Assembly: GCA_040954595.2 (NCBI GenBank)
Contig: JBECUI020000026.1
Location: 403,969 to 467,968, forward strand
Direction of reading: 5' to 3'
DNA length: 64,000 bases
DNA from: Balanoglossus misakiensis
Taxonomy: Eukaryota; Animalia; Hemichordata
Shown here in pieces: positions 1-13,700 of this stretch. A program made the translations under genes and the position numbers. Under the pieces are notes generated by a model. It ran no database searches. It saw nothing but the letters and a program-made list of their open reading frames with translations, and was not told where the DNA came from. Positions within the stretch are counted from its first letter, which is position 1, and the number at the start of each line of letters is the position of its first letter.

Positions 1-1339
1 TTAGATGCAGGCACGCCTGTTCAAATGAAATATGCTAATTACCTGGAGCAATGTGAAATTGATCAAAACTCAGAAACTCAACAACTGGTCAGATTGCTTT
101 GAACATTTGTATGCATGTAGCTTATGTCACGCCTGATATACTTTCAGCTAATATCGTGAATTGTATCTAGAATTTAGTATGCTATTTCCTATAGGTAATC
201 TTTGTTAGTATTGTTTAAATTGTGGCAAAATTTGTAATTTTTGGGAAATATAATTTTGTCATTTTTGGTCAAAAATCATTTTCTCTGAAACTCCATGTCA
301 GGTCAGGTTGCATTTAAATTTTGGTTTGCTTGTTCCATGAGGTAACCCAAGTAATGTTGTATATCATTTTGGTGAAATTTGCATATTTGTGGTCTTGAGG
401 CAATTTTTGCAATTTGTATTCTTTGAAACCGCATGTCAAATTGCTTTCAATTTTGGTAGGCATGTTCCTTGTGGTGATTGAAGTGAGATATTGTTGGATT
501 TGTTGATATCTGAATTTTTGTGGTTGAGGCAGTTTTTGTCATTGTTGAAGAAATGTTGTTTTCACTGAAAATACTCCGATTCCTGTGAAATTGTATTAGG
601 TTACCTGGTAGGTCATATCTGCTTGGCAATGTCACAGCGGTGTACACACCTATTTTTGTGTAATCCAAAGTGTGTAATAAGCTAGCAAATATTTACTAGT
701 AAATCATGTATGTTCTACTTCTTACAAGGTTGAAGTATGTTGATGTCTGGGTTAAATGGGATTCTTCAGAAACATACAATACAGAGTCTGTGGTACAGTT
801 CATGGTCACATTCAGAATTACCTAGTCTATATCCAGCCGTGTTCTGTCCGCTTTGCTTCCAAAAGTATCGTCTAGTGTCATGCATGCCACTTGCCCAATA
901 ATCTGACACCCCTTGCTGGGAAATTTGATGTAACAAGTATCCCTTAGTGAAATTATTAACATAAATTGAACAATGTTGATTTGGCGTAAGATTATAGTGA
1001 AGGCAGGGCTTATTACATTGAAAATGCTATCCAGCCTTAATTACACATTATGAATATCCTTTGTCCAATCATTGGAAAAACAATGTACCGTAGACTTGCA
1101 TAGCACTTTGAAGGTGAATCGCAAGTGGTCACTTTAATTACATTACCTCAAGCAGTCTTTTACATGTAGCTATAATAAGACAAGCATTCCCGGTGTAATT
1201 AACATCACTGTTGTTATTAGTATCTATCTCCGATAAGTATCAAGTCTGCCTTATGTTATTTTAAGTCAATTGTCAGGTTCATGTACATATTTTACAACTT
1301 ATCTATCTTGTCAAAAACTTTCGCATGTACCTAATTCTA

Positions 1340-2537
1340 GGCTTACCAGTAGGGTTATAGATACAGTGTATTATATTAACATGCATTAATATGAAACTAA
1401 ATGTTGATGGTTAATTAAAGACCCCCTTGAGCTATGGTAACCTCATTAAATATGTGCATATCTTATTCTAGTGGATGTGGTAACCTGGACATGGACAACT
1501 CTGGGGTCAAAATCTTTTGACAAACTTTTGGGTGATCTTGGGTAAACTTTGACCTACATTCCTATATCTTGGCATCCGGCACAGATACATCCTTGACACT
1601 TGGAGTTATGGAACTATGTAATGGAATATTATGTCTTGCCTCATTAATTATGTACATACCTAATGCCAGCCTAACCAATAGGGCTGGAAGTCTGCCTTTT
1701 TTTGGACATGATACATTTGAGATCAACATTTTTCTACAGCAGCCAGCCTTCTCTTAAAAAGAATGGACAATATAAAGGCTTTGCTGGTATACTGAACTTT
1801 GGACTCCCTCCCTGAGACTGTGTGCCAATGACGGGATAGCCTACTCAGCGTTGGGTAGATCCTAAGAAGGCCTCAGCCAGGCATCAGATACAAAAAGCGG
1901 AAATCCAAGCTTTAATGGTGGGTTACATCGTTAACTTCCCTGCAGAGCTGATTTCTCAGACTGTGAGCCAATGACGGGTAAAGCCCCTAGGTAGGGGCCA
2001 CCTAAGACAGGCCGGTCATGCTTTAGTCACAAAGAAGGGCAAGTTCAGTCATACCATAACTTTGTCTGCTGTATATGCTTCATAATGATTGCATGGTATT
2101 TTGAGAATACATTGTCTTAAGGCAGTGTGACCAGCTAAAAAGTACTGGCAAACACAGCCAATGTGTAATAAAAAACATCTAATTTGGCTGAATAAAAGAC
2201 ATAAAACACAGCAAAAGCACTGTGACTAGCTGAGACATAATACTCCATTATGCATTTCCATCACTCCAAGTGTCAAGGTTGCATCTGCTCTGGATGCCAA
2301 GATATAGTAATGTTGGTCAAGGTTTACCCAAAGTCACCCAAAGTTCTGTCAAACAATTTTGACCCCAATGTTGTCCATGTTTAGGTTTCTCCCTCCACTG
2401 GATAGCCTACAATTAGATATGCAAATATTTAATGACATTACCATAGATTAAGGCGGTCCTAAATTAACCATGAAATTATAGTTTCATGTTAATTCTTGTT
2501 ATTACAAAACACTGTATCTATAACCCTTCTGGAAGCC
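1340..2537. mobile_element. Foldback-like non-autonomous element with ~280-bp diverged inverted arms (second copy 26286-27484)
   Basis: 1340-1615 (ggcttaccagtagggttatagatacagtg...) is the reverse complement of 2256-2537 (...cactgtatctataacccttctggaagcc). Confidence 0.7.
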
Positions 2538-3291
2538 ATACTTTGTTTCATGCTACCCAATATGTGAAAGTAGGTAAAAAATCAGCCAAGGTTATTTGAA
2601 ATTTTGCTGAAAAAAATCCGGTCCCTGACATTTGGTAAAGGGGTCAAGACACTTGGCAACAAATTGTTGTCCCAGATTAGAACATATTCATAAAAAACTC
2701 AGGGAAAGAAGGAAGTTTTTCACAGCTTTGGTGCTTCAAATAGTAGAGAGGTTCCCAAGTTATTTCAATGAAACCTTAATGTCAACATTACATCGTTAGA
2801 CTCGAAACTCATCTGGCATAAAGCTGCTAGTTAAAGCCCTAAGGGTTGTGCCACTTTTTCATTATTTTCATCTAAGATTTGTCAATCTAAATAAGCTTAC
2901 TGCTAGGTATACATCTACATGAACATCTTGTTGACTGACGATTGTGGCTGTAATTTAAAGAAGTCAGATATTTAACAGGTACCACACCTGTTTAATCTGC
3001 CTCTATACAAAGGGTACACATCTATAGTGGTATGCATCACCTAGATATGACAAACATAAGCACTACAAGTAATATGGCTTTATGGTGGCGATTTTGAAGG
3101 ATGTGGAGAAGATTTGAAAAACACTCTTGAGGAAAAAGATGTGTTAAATCTTTGAAATGTGTTTTATTCTTTGGTTCCCATTTCGTATATGTCTATCTAC
3201 CACTGGGACCAATGTGAAATTGGTGGAAATTGGTCAAATTGCTTTAGAAATTGGTGTGTATTCATTTTGAGACCTCATGGATTTTTTTTCA

Positions 3292-5644
3292 TTTTTAGCT
3301 CACGTGAAAATCACGTGAGCTTATGGTTTAGCGATGTCTGTGTGTGTGTGTGTATGTATGTATGTGTGTGTGTGTCTGTCTGTATACCCGATATCTAAAG
3401 AACCGCTGAACCGATTTCAACCAAATTTAGTACACAGGTTCAGATATCATATGGCAAGAACTGAAAAGGTTTTGGTGCGTGTGGCTTTGATATTAATGAA
3501 GTTATTTAAGTTTTAATTTTTCTATTACATGATTGTCTATGTGAGCTTTCGTTAATGCCGCATATATGACCAGTGGAAACGATAGTTTGAGGAGATCGAC
3601 AGTTTGAGGGCGCTGTGAAATGAGACATTCCTGGCGATATTGCCGTGGTTCTGTCCATGCTCAGACGCTGTACCCGTCGTTACGAATAACTTCCCTACGT
3701 GAATCCACAAGGAAGCTAACGTTGTTTAGTTGCTTCATAGAGCGTAAATTGTTAATCTACAGGACCGTCAGACGAATACTCTTTTCAAATGAAGTTTGAA
3801 ACTACTTACAAGTAAGTTAGTGGAGACAATATGGCGGATAGTTGGCGTGCAGCCGAATCCGCGTTATGACTATGACGTGACCCATTCATCAAGACAAACC
3901 GTAAATGATTCACGCATATTGTGGTCCTCACGCAGTCAATCTCAAAATGTCACCAGGCTTTCTATTTGTCTATTGTTCAGAGAAAAATAACGTGGCGGTT
4001 GATCACACTCAACAGTAAAATCCGTTTTGTGAGTTTATAGACAGTCTGTTATCGCCAATACTATATAGCGATTGCTAGATGGCTTACCCAATATGTGATC
4101 GAGCGAGAATGATAACATTGAATGTCTGTTCAGATCTCATTCCGTACGTCATACGTCAACATTTCGATTTCGATTTAATCCATTCATAAAGAATTTAGAG
4201 AAAGTCGTCTTGAATTGTGACCCCGACTATCAATTTTACGATGATTTTTTGGCGACGGAATACACGAGACGCCATTGCATAACTACGTCAGCTGGACTTC
4301 CAAGGTTACCATTTTGTGTGTATGGAATCTTATCACAGAGACTACGTACTTTGACAATATGCTTGGTATATCAATGACGCCCCAGAAAATTTGTCGAAAA
4401 ATGAATTTGTCTTCTCATGGTGGTGCAATATATTTTAATGTCTATTTTGAGGTTGATTTTGGTTTTTGGCTAACATGTATATCAATGTCAGCTTATAGCA
4501 TGAGTTGGTGTCCGTCGTCTATGTATGTCTGTATGTGTGCCTCATACAGAATTATGTATTTTGCGAATGGATCAGTTTCGTCTAAATGTATTGATGTATG
4601 TATGTGTATGTCCATCAACATCAAAAACTTGAAACTACTGATATTTAGTGTGTACATAGAAATTGTTATTGCGAAAAAATGCATACTGGTATTAACTGGA
4701 AAAATGTTCAAGTAGTCAAAATTGAAAAACTTAATAACAGCGGATCAGATTCAGTTAAAAATTGGCGTGCATTGGTGTGCAAGTACTATGGGAAGACCTC
4801 GTATGATTTTGTTCAGGTGGAGACAGTATCTGGCGTTTGCTATTTTTTATGAATTTTGGGGGGAATTTTCTGCAGTTTTGTTAAAAAAAATTCTTCTCTG
4901 AAATTACATGTCCAATTGATTGGAAACTTGGTATGGAGGTTCATAGGGCTTACCTGAATCACATTTGTGCAAACGGTGGTGAAATTTGCAAAAATGCATT
5001 TTTGGGCAATATTTCCTGTTTTTGTCAAAAAATCAAATCCCGTGAAACTGTAAGTGCAATTGTTTTGATACTTTGTATTTGGGTTTCTAGGGGTGATCTC
5101 AGTCAAATATGATCAAATTGTAAAGAAATTTGCATAATTGTATTTTTTGGGAATTCTGCAGGGTTTGGCCAAATAGTCTTCAGTAAAACCACAAGTCCAA
5201 TTGATTGGAAACTTTGAATGGGAAATCATATATGTGATATCAGTCAGATTTGTCTGAATTACCTGTTGTTTGCCAAAATGTCTTCCTTATTGAAACTTGT
5301 TAAAGAGGTTCTTAGGCATGAACAGAAATCAGATTTGTTGAAATCTGGTGAAATATTCATACTTTTTGGTATATTTCTTGCCATTTTTGATCAACGAGTT
5401 TTAGAATTCCATAGACTTATCTTTTTATGCAGTTCAGGATGGGGTACATGACTCATAACCCCTTACAAAAATTGACAAGGCAACAATTCCACAAACATGT
5501 TTACATTTCACAATGATGCAACACACAACCCTTACACCATATACACTATAAACCAAATTGGTTTAACACTGGTTTTTCTAATCTTGTTATTCTGTCAACC
5601 AATCACAGTACTGCACGTGAGCATATTCAGTTAATATCTGGTTT
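3292..5644 (+). mobile_element. Non-autonomous Helentron/DINE-1-like element (second copy ~28238-30582)
   Basis: T-run, then a perfect hairpin AGCTCACGTGA-aaa-TCACGTGAGCT, then a (GT/GTAT/GTCT) microsatellite and a ccgatttcaaccaaattt core. CACGTGAGC recurs near 5613, followed by a short hairpin and TTT. The 3' boundary is approximate. Confidence 0.6.
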
Positions 5645-6459
5645 GAAGTATATTTTGGGGGTGATTTTGGTCAAATACTCAAAAACCTCTACTCACAGTT
5701 CTTTGAAATTTGGTTTGCAGGTTCCTAGGTGTGTTATCACGACATTTTAACAAATCCTATGATGGAAGTGTCAATATAGTTTTTGTGGACAGTTTTTGCC
5801 ATTTTTGTTTGATTGCTTTGCAATTTTTTGTTTTGCAGTTTCCAGGGGATTTTTTTACTGTGATATATCATAAATGTTCTGAAAATGAAAAAATTGTATT
5901 TTGGGGGCATAAAAAAAATTCTCAGAAAGTGCATGGTTGATCACTTTAAAAGTTTAGTTGTGAGTTAATGATATGTGCTTCTTTAGAATGATAATTGAAT
6001 CAAATCATAGCTGAATTAGTTTTTTTGTTTATTTTGTTTGATATTTTTTCCTTATACCTCAAAAATTGTTATTATAAAAGGGAAATTACCATTACATAGT
6101 TGTTTGCAATTAAGGAGGACCCCCTCCCCCACTGAAAATCGTATACACCTTGATCTCTCTATGTCTGTATTCATGTCTGTATGTATGTTTTACAAATGTA
6201 TGCTCCCAATAAGAGTGAAATGATTTTTTTTATCGTAATACTTCTAAAGTGATTATTTCCTATGAGATAAGCAGTCTTATTACCTAATCGTTTCTGAAAT
6301 TCTACCTCATGCTGTGTATGAAAAGTCTAATATATGTCATTGTCAAGATCCCCAAAACAGGCTGATATAGTATCACATAACATTTGATAAAAGTATCCCA
6401 AACAGTGTGGCAATTTTGGTATACAGAAAAAAACACTAGAATGACAACAGCTACATGTA

Positions 6460-6764
6460 TGTAGGCTAGCAATAGGAACACAGATAACAATTCTCCATAT
6501 TCATTTTTAAATACGATAAGATTCGCTGAAATTGGCACATCTGTGTGCAGGCAAAGTCAGTTCCAACTCGGCTTGCAAATCGGACCAATGTCTCTTGTTC
6601 GCTGAGACTGTATGGTTCTAGTAATAGCTGTAAGAACTTGATCATTGACCAAACTCTTGGTTCAATTTTGCAACATTTTATGATTTCAAGCTGTACATAT
6701 TTAACTCCGTTTCAACTATAGTTGGAGGGATAACATTGGAGCCATTTCACTGACAAAATAGCGC
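6460..6764 (+). repeat. Dispersed repeat; inverted copy at ~23935-24240, partial direct copy at ~10005-10146
   Basis: ttctccatattcatttttaaatacgataagattc... matches the reverse complement of 24180-24212, and the match extends ~300 bp. Confidence 0.75.
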
Positions 6765-6767
6765 TTA

Positions 6768-7597
6768 GGGACCATTCAGTTTTTACGGTGGGGGGAGGCT
6801 GGCAAAATCCAGGGGGTCACTTAAATTTTGAAATCCAAAAGAGGGAGTCATCTTTTTTTCAAACGTTTAGGGGGGATGTCATATACATGTACCCACCGAT
6901 GCTAACTTTGAGTGGAGTGGCAACAGTAAAATTGGTCCTTTCAAACATTGAGATACATGTAATTTGCTTTTGACTTCATTAAAATGCAACTTTGAGCTAC
7001 ATATTTTACAAAGTTTTCTTATGTGGAAGGAGGACATCCCCTCCCACACCCATCCCCTTATTTCTTCGCCACATATAGTGTACCAGGGCAGAATACTTGC
7101 CATCCCACCCCCACTGATGTTAACTTTGAGTGGCAAAAGTCAAATTTGTCCTCCCCAACATTAAGTTAATTTGCCTTTGAGTTCATTAAAATGCATTAAT
7201 TGTATTTTACAAAATTGTCCTACGTACACCCACCCCTTCCACTTTTCTTGTTTTACCAATTCTACCAACTATTGTATTGACGTGTCCTTTTAATTTATCC
7301 ATAGACCTTCTTTATTGCAACGCTATACTATTATACACTTCAAATTATAAATTTCTTTAAGAAATTTAGAATTGAGGTGTGAGGAGACCCTTTACCTTTA
7401 TTGCATACAGTCAGTGTACATAAGATAAGGATGGCGAATGTTTTCGGGGTGGGAGGAGGGTCATCATATTTTGGTCCTGTCAAAGGGGGGGGGGTCATCA
7501 TTTTTTTGGTCCTGGTTGAAGGGGGTGTCGGCCTGATTTTGAAAACCAATGACACAAACTTTTGCCTCCCCCCCCTCCACCAAAACTGAACAGTCCC
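6768..7597. mobile_element. PIF/Harbinger-like MITE (second copy 31708-32539)
   Basis: TIRs GGGACCATTCAGTTTT / AAAACTGAACAGTCCC with a TTA target-site duplication at 6765-6767 and 7598-7600. An empty site is visible in the inverted related repeat near 23925-23950. Confidence 0.8.
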
Positions 7598-10404
7598 TTA
7601 CTAAAGGACGTCAATGTCTGTTTACAGTCAAATGCATTGCCATCAGAAAAAAAAATGCAAACAATTTCTTATGTTTGTAGTACGCACTTTTTGTATATCT
7701 GTAAACTGTGTCTCAGTTGTGAAATTCTAAGGAAATTTGTTCCTTGGGTAGAATAAAGGATTCTTAAACAAACTTAGTCCTGAAAGCTAAATGGTTACCT
7801 CAGAGAAACTGTGTTAAATTTGGTCATCATTGTTTTAAATCACACAATACATTCCCACAGCTAAGTTACTGCAGCAGTCAGTTTCAACTCAGCTTGCAAA
7901 TTGGGATCATGTCTTGTGTTCATCGAGACTGTCTGTAGTCGAGTTGACAGTCACTACAACTGTATTGCAAATATGGCAGGGTTGGGCAACTCTTCCAATT
8001 TGCATTTGAACACCTTTTCTGTTTGCGTCAAAATGATGAATAATGTTTCGTTTTCAAGAATGCCTTAATATGGGCACCCAATACAAGACAACTGCATTGC
8101 AAATGGCATTTTCATTCAACTCTCCTGGGTACCTAAAACAATTTCAACATGGTTGACATGGCAATATTAGACAACTGTTCTAATTTGCATAATCCAAAAT
8201 GGCCGCCAAATTTCTCTAACATGTTAATTTCCCATATTTGTTTTAAATGGTGTGTAATATCGAATTTGCAGGGTTTCCATTAATATGGGTACCTAAAACA
8301 ATTTCAACATGGTTGACATGGCAATATTAGACAACTGCTCTAATTTGCATAATTCAAACACCTGCTGGATAATTTAACTTTTGCCATTCTTGTCCCATGA
8401 TTGTATGTATTATATCTCATAACAGGCAATTAAGTGTGCTAATTGTCAAGCCAATCTTAATTCTTCATCTGCACCACAAATCAGATGCAAGGTTTAGGAC
8501 TGGGAGTGTATGTGGGAGCAGCATATAGGGGCCTACAGGTATCTTTAATGGCAAGTCCTCGGTTAAAGCCAGAAGGTTTTCAGGTTGTAGGCCTCTATTG
8601 TATCTACAACAGTTTCTATCACCTCCATCCCACTGGCCGGCACCCGAGGGGGGGGGGGGGGGTACTTGAATTTTTTTCGGATGGTAGTCTGTCGCCCCAG
8701 TCGATAACATCAACACGTGTAAATGCCCAAAACCCGACCTATTTGTATTATAAGTCAAATTTTCTGGTCATTTACCCCAAGTTTTTCTTAAAGACTACAT
8801 ACCTATACACCTTTGTATGGGAGAACACATCCCCCACCCCCCTGCCAACACTAATTGGACAACTTTATTCTTGTTATACTTCTTTATAAGTCTAAATGTT
8901 CAGTAAGAAAAGGCAACAAGTTATTGAAGCTGCTGACCATGGAAACTATGATGAAGTATATTTTTTTCCTAGCTGTACATGTACAGTATAATTGGCCCAA
9001 TGTACCAATTGGAGATGTGTGCCTTACAAGCAACACAGGTTGTATATCCAAGCCTTGTCTGTTGGCACTATGAAGGGTATTGGAAGAATGTCTCTGCTGG
9101 CCACTTTGGCCAGCCACTTTTGGCCAGCAGACTATCAAAAGGGTCAAGAAAATAGCCCTAAAAGGTATGGCACTGTATGCAAATCTAGTGCAGGAGTGGA
9201 TTGATACATTTCCCATCACTGTACATGCATCATCCTGTATGGATGATATGTACTCTAGCATTATGCACCAGATAAAAATGGTCAAAATTGCAAAAAAAGG
9301 AGATGAAACTCCCACTGGCCTTTAACGCAATCCATAGATAAAGAGACAACATGTTCAGGCATTGGATCTAAACATGGTGGATACTGACGAGGGTGTGGTG
9401 AATGATGGTGAATCCCTGGATGTTTTGAGGTCGGAATTCTGAAAAGGATTCCCATCGTGAGATTGAGGAACAGGATGATGCAGAGGGGCTGGCTCTTTGT
9501 GACTCCTATCAGTGGGGATAGACATATATTTGGGATACAGAGGTTGCACTTCCTTGCTTCATGATTAGTACGGTAACACTGCCAAATTTGCAACACAGTT
9601 GTATTGTTAAAGGTACCCATATGAATGTGCTAATCCTGAAAATACGATATTGCGCATCATTTTGGGAAACATGGCAAAATTTCACTTTTAGTGGTGATTG
9701 GCGGCCATTTTTGATTATGCAAAATAGAAAAGTTGCCAAACACTGCCATATTTGCAATACATAACCAATATGGATGCAAATCCTGAAATTTTAGATATTA
9801 CACATAATTTTGAGAAAAAAGGGCCAAGTTTTATTTTAGAGAAGGTATTTGGCGGCCATTTTTGATCATGCATATTAGAAGAATTGTCCAACATTGCCAT
9901 TTTGGCAACTCAGCTGGAATAGGTCTAGGCTCCCATATGAATGCCAATAAGCAAAAAACTTCATAGGAAAGAAAATTTCTAGGTAGGAAAATTTTGACTC
10001 AACTTCTGGTTCTAATAATAGGTGTAAGGATGTGATCGTTTGATTTTGCAACATTTTACAATTTCAAGCTGTGTGTATTTAACTCTGGTGCAATTCTGGT
10101 TGGAGAGACAAATGGCTTAAGCCATTTAATTGAAAATATAGCACTACTTCACCAGGGTTGTGCAGTACCTTTGACAACGCTTTGAACAATGTTGCAAAAA
10201 GCTTTGTGTTGAAGCTTGCTACAAGACTTGGCGTGCTGAAGCCTCTTATACTAGTCTTAGTTGAACCTCAGCTGTAACTCCGTTTGTGAAACCTTAACAT
10301 TCAAATCTTTGGCCAAAGTTAGTGTTGCAAAGCTTCTTCAAAGTTTTGTGAACCTCAACAATGCTTTTCTATAGAAACCTTTAAACATGCGGGGGGGGGG
10401 GGGG

Positions 10405-10608
10405 TGTAGTATTCTGACAGCTACGATCAATATAGCGCCCTCTAGTGTTGCATTGTTGGTGTTCCACTTGTTTATGAATTGCTGTACGACGTCACTTCCG
10501 CCCAGATAAGGCGAAGCACATTGTTGAGTCTTTTCAGCCGATCAATAAATAGGTTGTTGTTATACCTTATGATCGCATTATTATTCCCATGTTGATGGAA
10601 ACATAACA
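10405..10608 (+). repeat. 5' LTR, copy A
   Basis: TGTAGT...TAACA, contains AATAAA; repeated at 15695, 35341 and 40025. Confidence 0.97.
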
Positions 10609-10622
10609 TGGTGGCAGCGGTG
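10609..10622 (+). promoter_or_regulatory. Primer-binding site complementary to the tRNA-Leu 3' end
   Basis: TGGTGGCAGCGGTG is the reverse complement of ...CACCGCTGCCACCA (3' end of metazoan tRNA-Leu AAG/TAG). Confidence 0.85.
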
Positions 10623-10718
10623 AACGTGAGTGATCAGATGTAAGCAGACTTTACACAGTATCGACTACACAAGACACCAAAACTACAGAAGAAAAGACCA
10701 TCGAACTGACCTGACAAG

Positions 10719-13700
10719 ATGGCGGCCGCACTACAAACGCCCTTCACAGCCCCAAAGATGGAATGGGACGCGCCAGATCTAGCAATAGCCTTCAGTCGTT
10801 TTCGTCAAAAATGTGAGTTAACATTTAAGACAGCACTTAAAGATGCTAATGAAGAGAAAGCTAGCTACATACTTCTATGGTCCGGTGAACCAGGTCTTGA
10901 CAAATACAACAGTTGGTCGTTTGAAAATGAAGACCAGCGGAAAGACCCCACAGTACTATTCGACAAATTTTCCGAACACTTAGAGCCGAAGTCGAATCAT
11001 CGCATACATAGATACCAATTCCAAGATATGAGACAAGACCCTGGAGAACCAGTTGATGATTTCTTTTCGAAATTGAAAAATGAAGCCGCCAAATGCAAAT
11101 TTGGGGATACAAAAGAACAGGAAGCAAGACTCGTAGATCAGTTGATATGGGGGATCTGTCACCAAGAAATACAGAAGAAACTTATTGGGCGTGATGAGAA
11201 ACTGACCTTGAAGGAGGCGCTCGATATAGCTAGAGGTCACGAAGCCACAACAAAACACATGAAAACGCTCACAAATTGCCATATTGCTAATCCTGTGGAT
11301 AGCAAAGCTGTCAACACAGTAAAAAGGCAGCCCAACAAGACACACCCCAAACAATGTAAGCATTTCGGAAAAAAGCATGACACCTCAGTGAAAAGTAACT
11401 GCCCAGCATATGGCTCGAAATGCCGAAATTGTGGGAAACCTAATCACTGGCAGGCGGTATGCCGTTCCAAAACCAGCTCAAGCGAACCGAAGTCAGAGAC
11501 GAGGTGAAAAACCAATCCATAATGTGACACGCTCGAGCAGCAACATGCATCAAATAGATGATGAAGTCCTAGATGTTGGAACTATCGAAATAAATGCATT
11601 GGACAACATCAACAGACAAGAAGAAATATACACGAAACTGACAATCACACAGAGCGAAAAGAAAAGGAAAGTAGCACTGAGATGCAAGATTGATACCGGT
11701 GCACAGAGCAATATACTGCCCCTCTGCCTTTTCAAGATCATATTTCCAGAGAAACTGGATAAACACGGAAATCCAAAACGCGGGCACTTGAAGGAAAATA
11801 AAACAATCCTTACCGCATATGGAGGTTCCAAAATCAAACAGCTTGGCACCATCGTCATTCCATGTGAACATAGAGAGAGGAAAATCAGATGCCTCTTCTA
11901 TGTAACTGACGCCGCAGGCCCAGCCATTTTAGGGTTAAAGGCAAGCAGAGCCTTAAACCTGATACAAATAAACTGTTCAGTAGAAGCCATACAAGTGCAG
12001 GCGAGCCCAGAGTGCAAGACAGCACAGCCTGGAAGAAATGTGGAAGTGGAAAAGAGAAAGATGAACGAACAGAAGCCAGCAGGAAGAAACAGAAACCCTG
12101 CAGATGACTACATAGACAGTAATACACCCATCAGGGACCGCCCTCCCATAAAGAACAAAGAACAGTTGCTGAGGATGTACCCTGATTGCTTTGACGACGT
12201 GGTCGGATGTTTTGAAAACTACACATACCACATCACTCTTGATCCAGAAGTACAACCAGTAGTACACCCTGCCCGCAGAGTTCCATTAGAACTAATGGAT
12301 AGACTCAAAACCGAGCTGCAGGAGATGGAAGATAAGCAAATCATCGCCAAAGTGAACCAGCCTACGAACTGGGTCAATTCTCTTGTTGTCCGGGAGAAAG
12401 ACAATGGAAGACTTCGCATTTGTCTGGACCCGAAGGACTTGAACAAAGCCATTAAAGGGGAAATCCGTTGTAGCTGATTTCTACATAATTTGGTAGCTTT
12501 GATGTCACTCTTTCAGAAAAAAACATATTCGCCATGTATAGGTCACGCGATTGTTTACAAAATCTAGGGAAAGTTGGCAGAATTTCCAATATGGCGTTTA
12601 CTGTAATTTGAATCATGGGAAAAAAAGCGCCAGGACCAACTTCCGCCCACCATGGTGTGGGTGATACCATTCTCCGATAGGTGTCACTGGGCGACAGACT
12701 AGGCGTATTTTCATAGCTATTGTTTGTTCTTTGCATCAGTTGATAAACAATCATCAGCAAAGTCGAAAATTTGTCATCTATTGACAGTTTTCATGAGCTA
12801 TAACCCATCGAAAATATGCAAATACGCTTAGCTTGTGACGCAGTGACACCAATCGGAAAATGGTATCACCCACACTAAGGTGGGCGAAAGTTGGTCCTGG
12901 CGCTTTTTTTCCCATGATTCAAATTACAGTAAACGCCATATTGGAACTTTCCCTAGATTTTGTAAAAAATCGCGCGACCTATACATGGCGAATATGTTTT
13001 TTTCTGAAAGAGTGACATCAAAGCTACCAAATTATGTAGAAATCAGCTACGCCGGATTTCCCCTTTAAAAGGGATCATTACCCTACACCCACATTGGAGG
13101 AGATTACCCCAAAGTTGGCAGGCGCAACACTTTTCAGCAAGCTAGACGCGCGGAACGGATACTGGAATGTAAAGATCGATGAAGAATCATCCTTCCTGAC
13201 GACCTTTAACACACCATATGGCCGTTACAGATTCCTACGAATGCCATTTGGGCTAAGGATGAGCCAAGATGTGTTTCAATTCAAAATTGATGAAACATAC
13301 AGAGAGTGTGAAGGTGCAGTCGGCATTGCAGACGATATACAAGTCTTAGGATCAGGAGAGCGACACCATGACCTGCATCTACACGAAGCCATGGAACGAA
13401 CCAGGAAAGCAGGCATTAAACTGAACAAAGAGAAATGCTACATCAAGACAAAAGAATGTAGTTTCTTTGGCATGTTATACACAGAAGACGGAGTTAAACC
13501 CAACCCAGAAAAGGTCAAGGCGATAGAGATGATGCATCCGCCTAGAGACAAGACCGAACTGCGCACATTCCTCGGAATGGTGAACTACATGGGTTCATTC
13601 ATACCCAGATTAGCTGAACACACAGCACCACTGAGAGAGCTCATCAGAGACGACACTGAGTTTGAGTGGTCTCCGACACACACAAAGTCTTTCAATATGA

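Noticed and set aside
8126-8355. ~67-bp direct repeat (offset 160), and a 33-bp direct repeat at 61476/61521
   Set aside because: Ordinary local duplications inside repeats or introns, with no further structure.
11410-11507. Programmed gag/pol frameshift
   Set aside because: Copy B is continuous here; the overlap results from a 5-bp deletion in copy A.
12452-13068. Two similar ORFs on opposite strands
   Set aside because: An artefact of the MITE's long TIRs.
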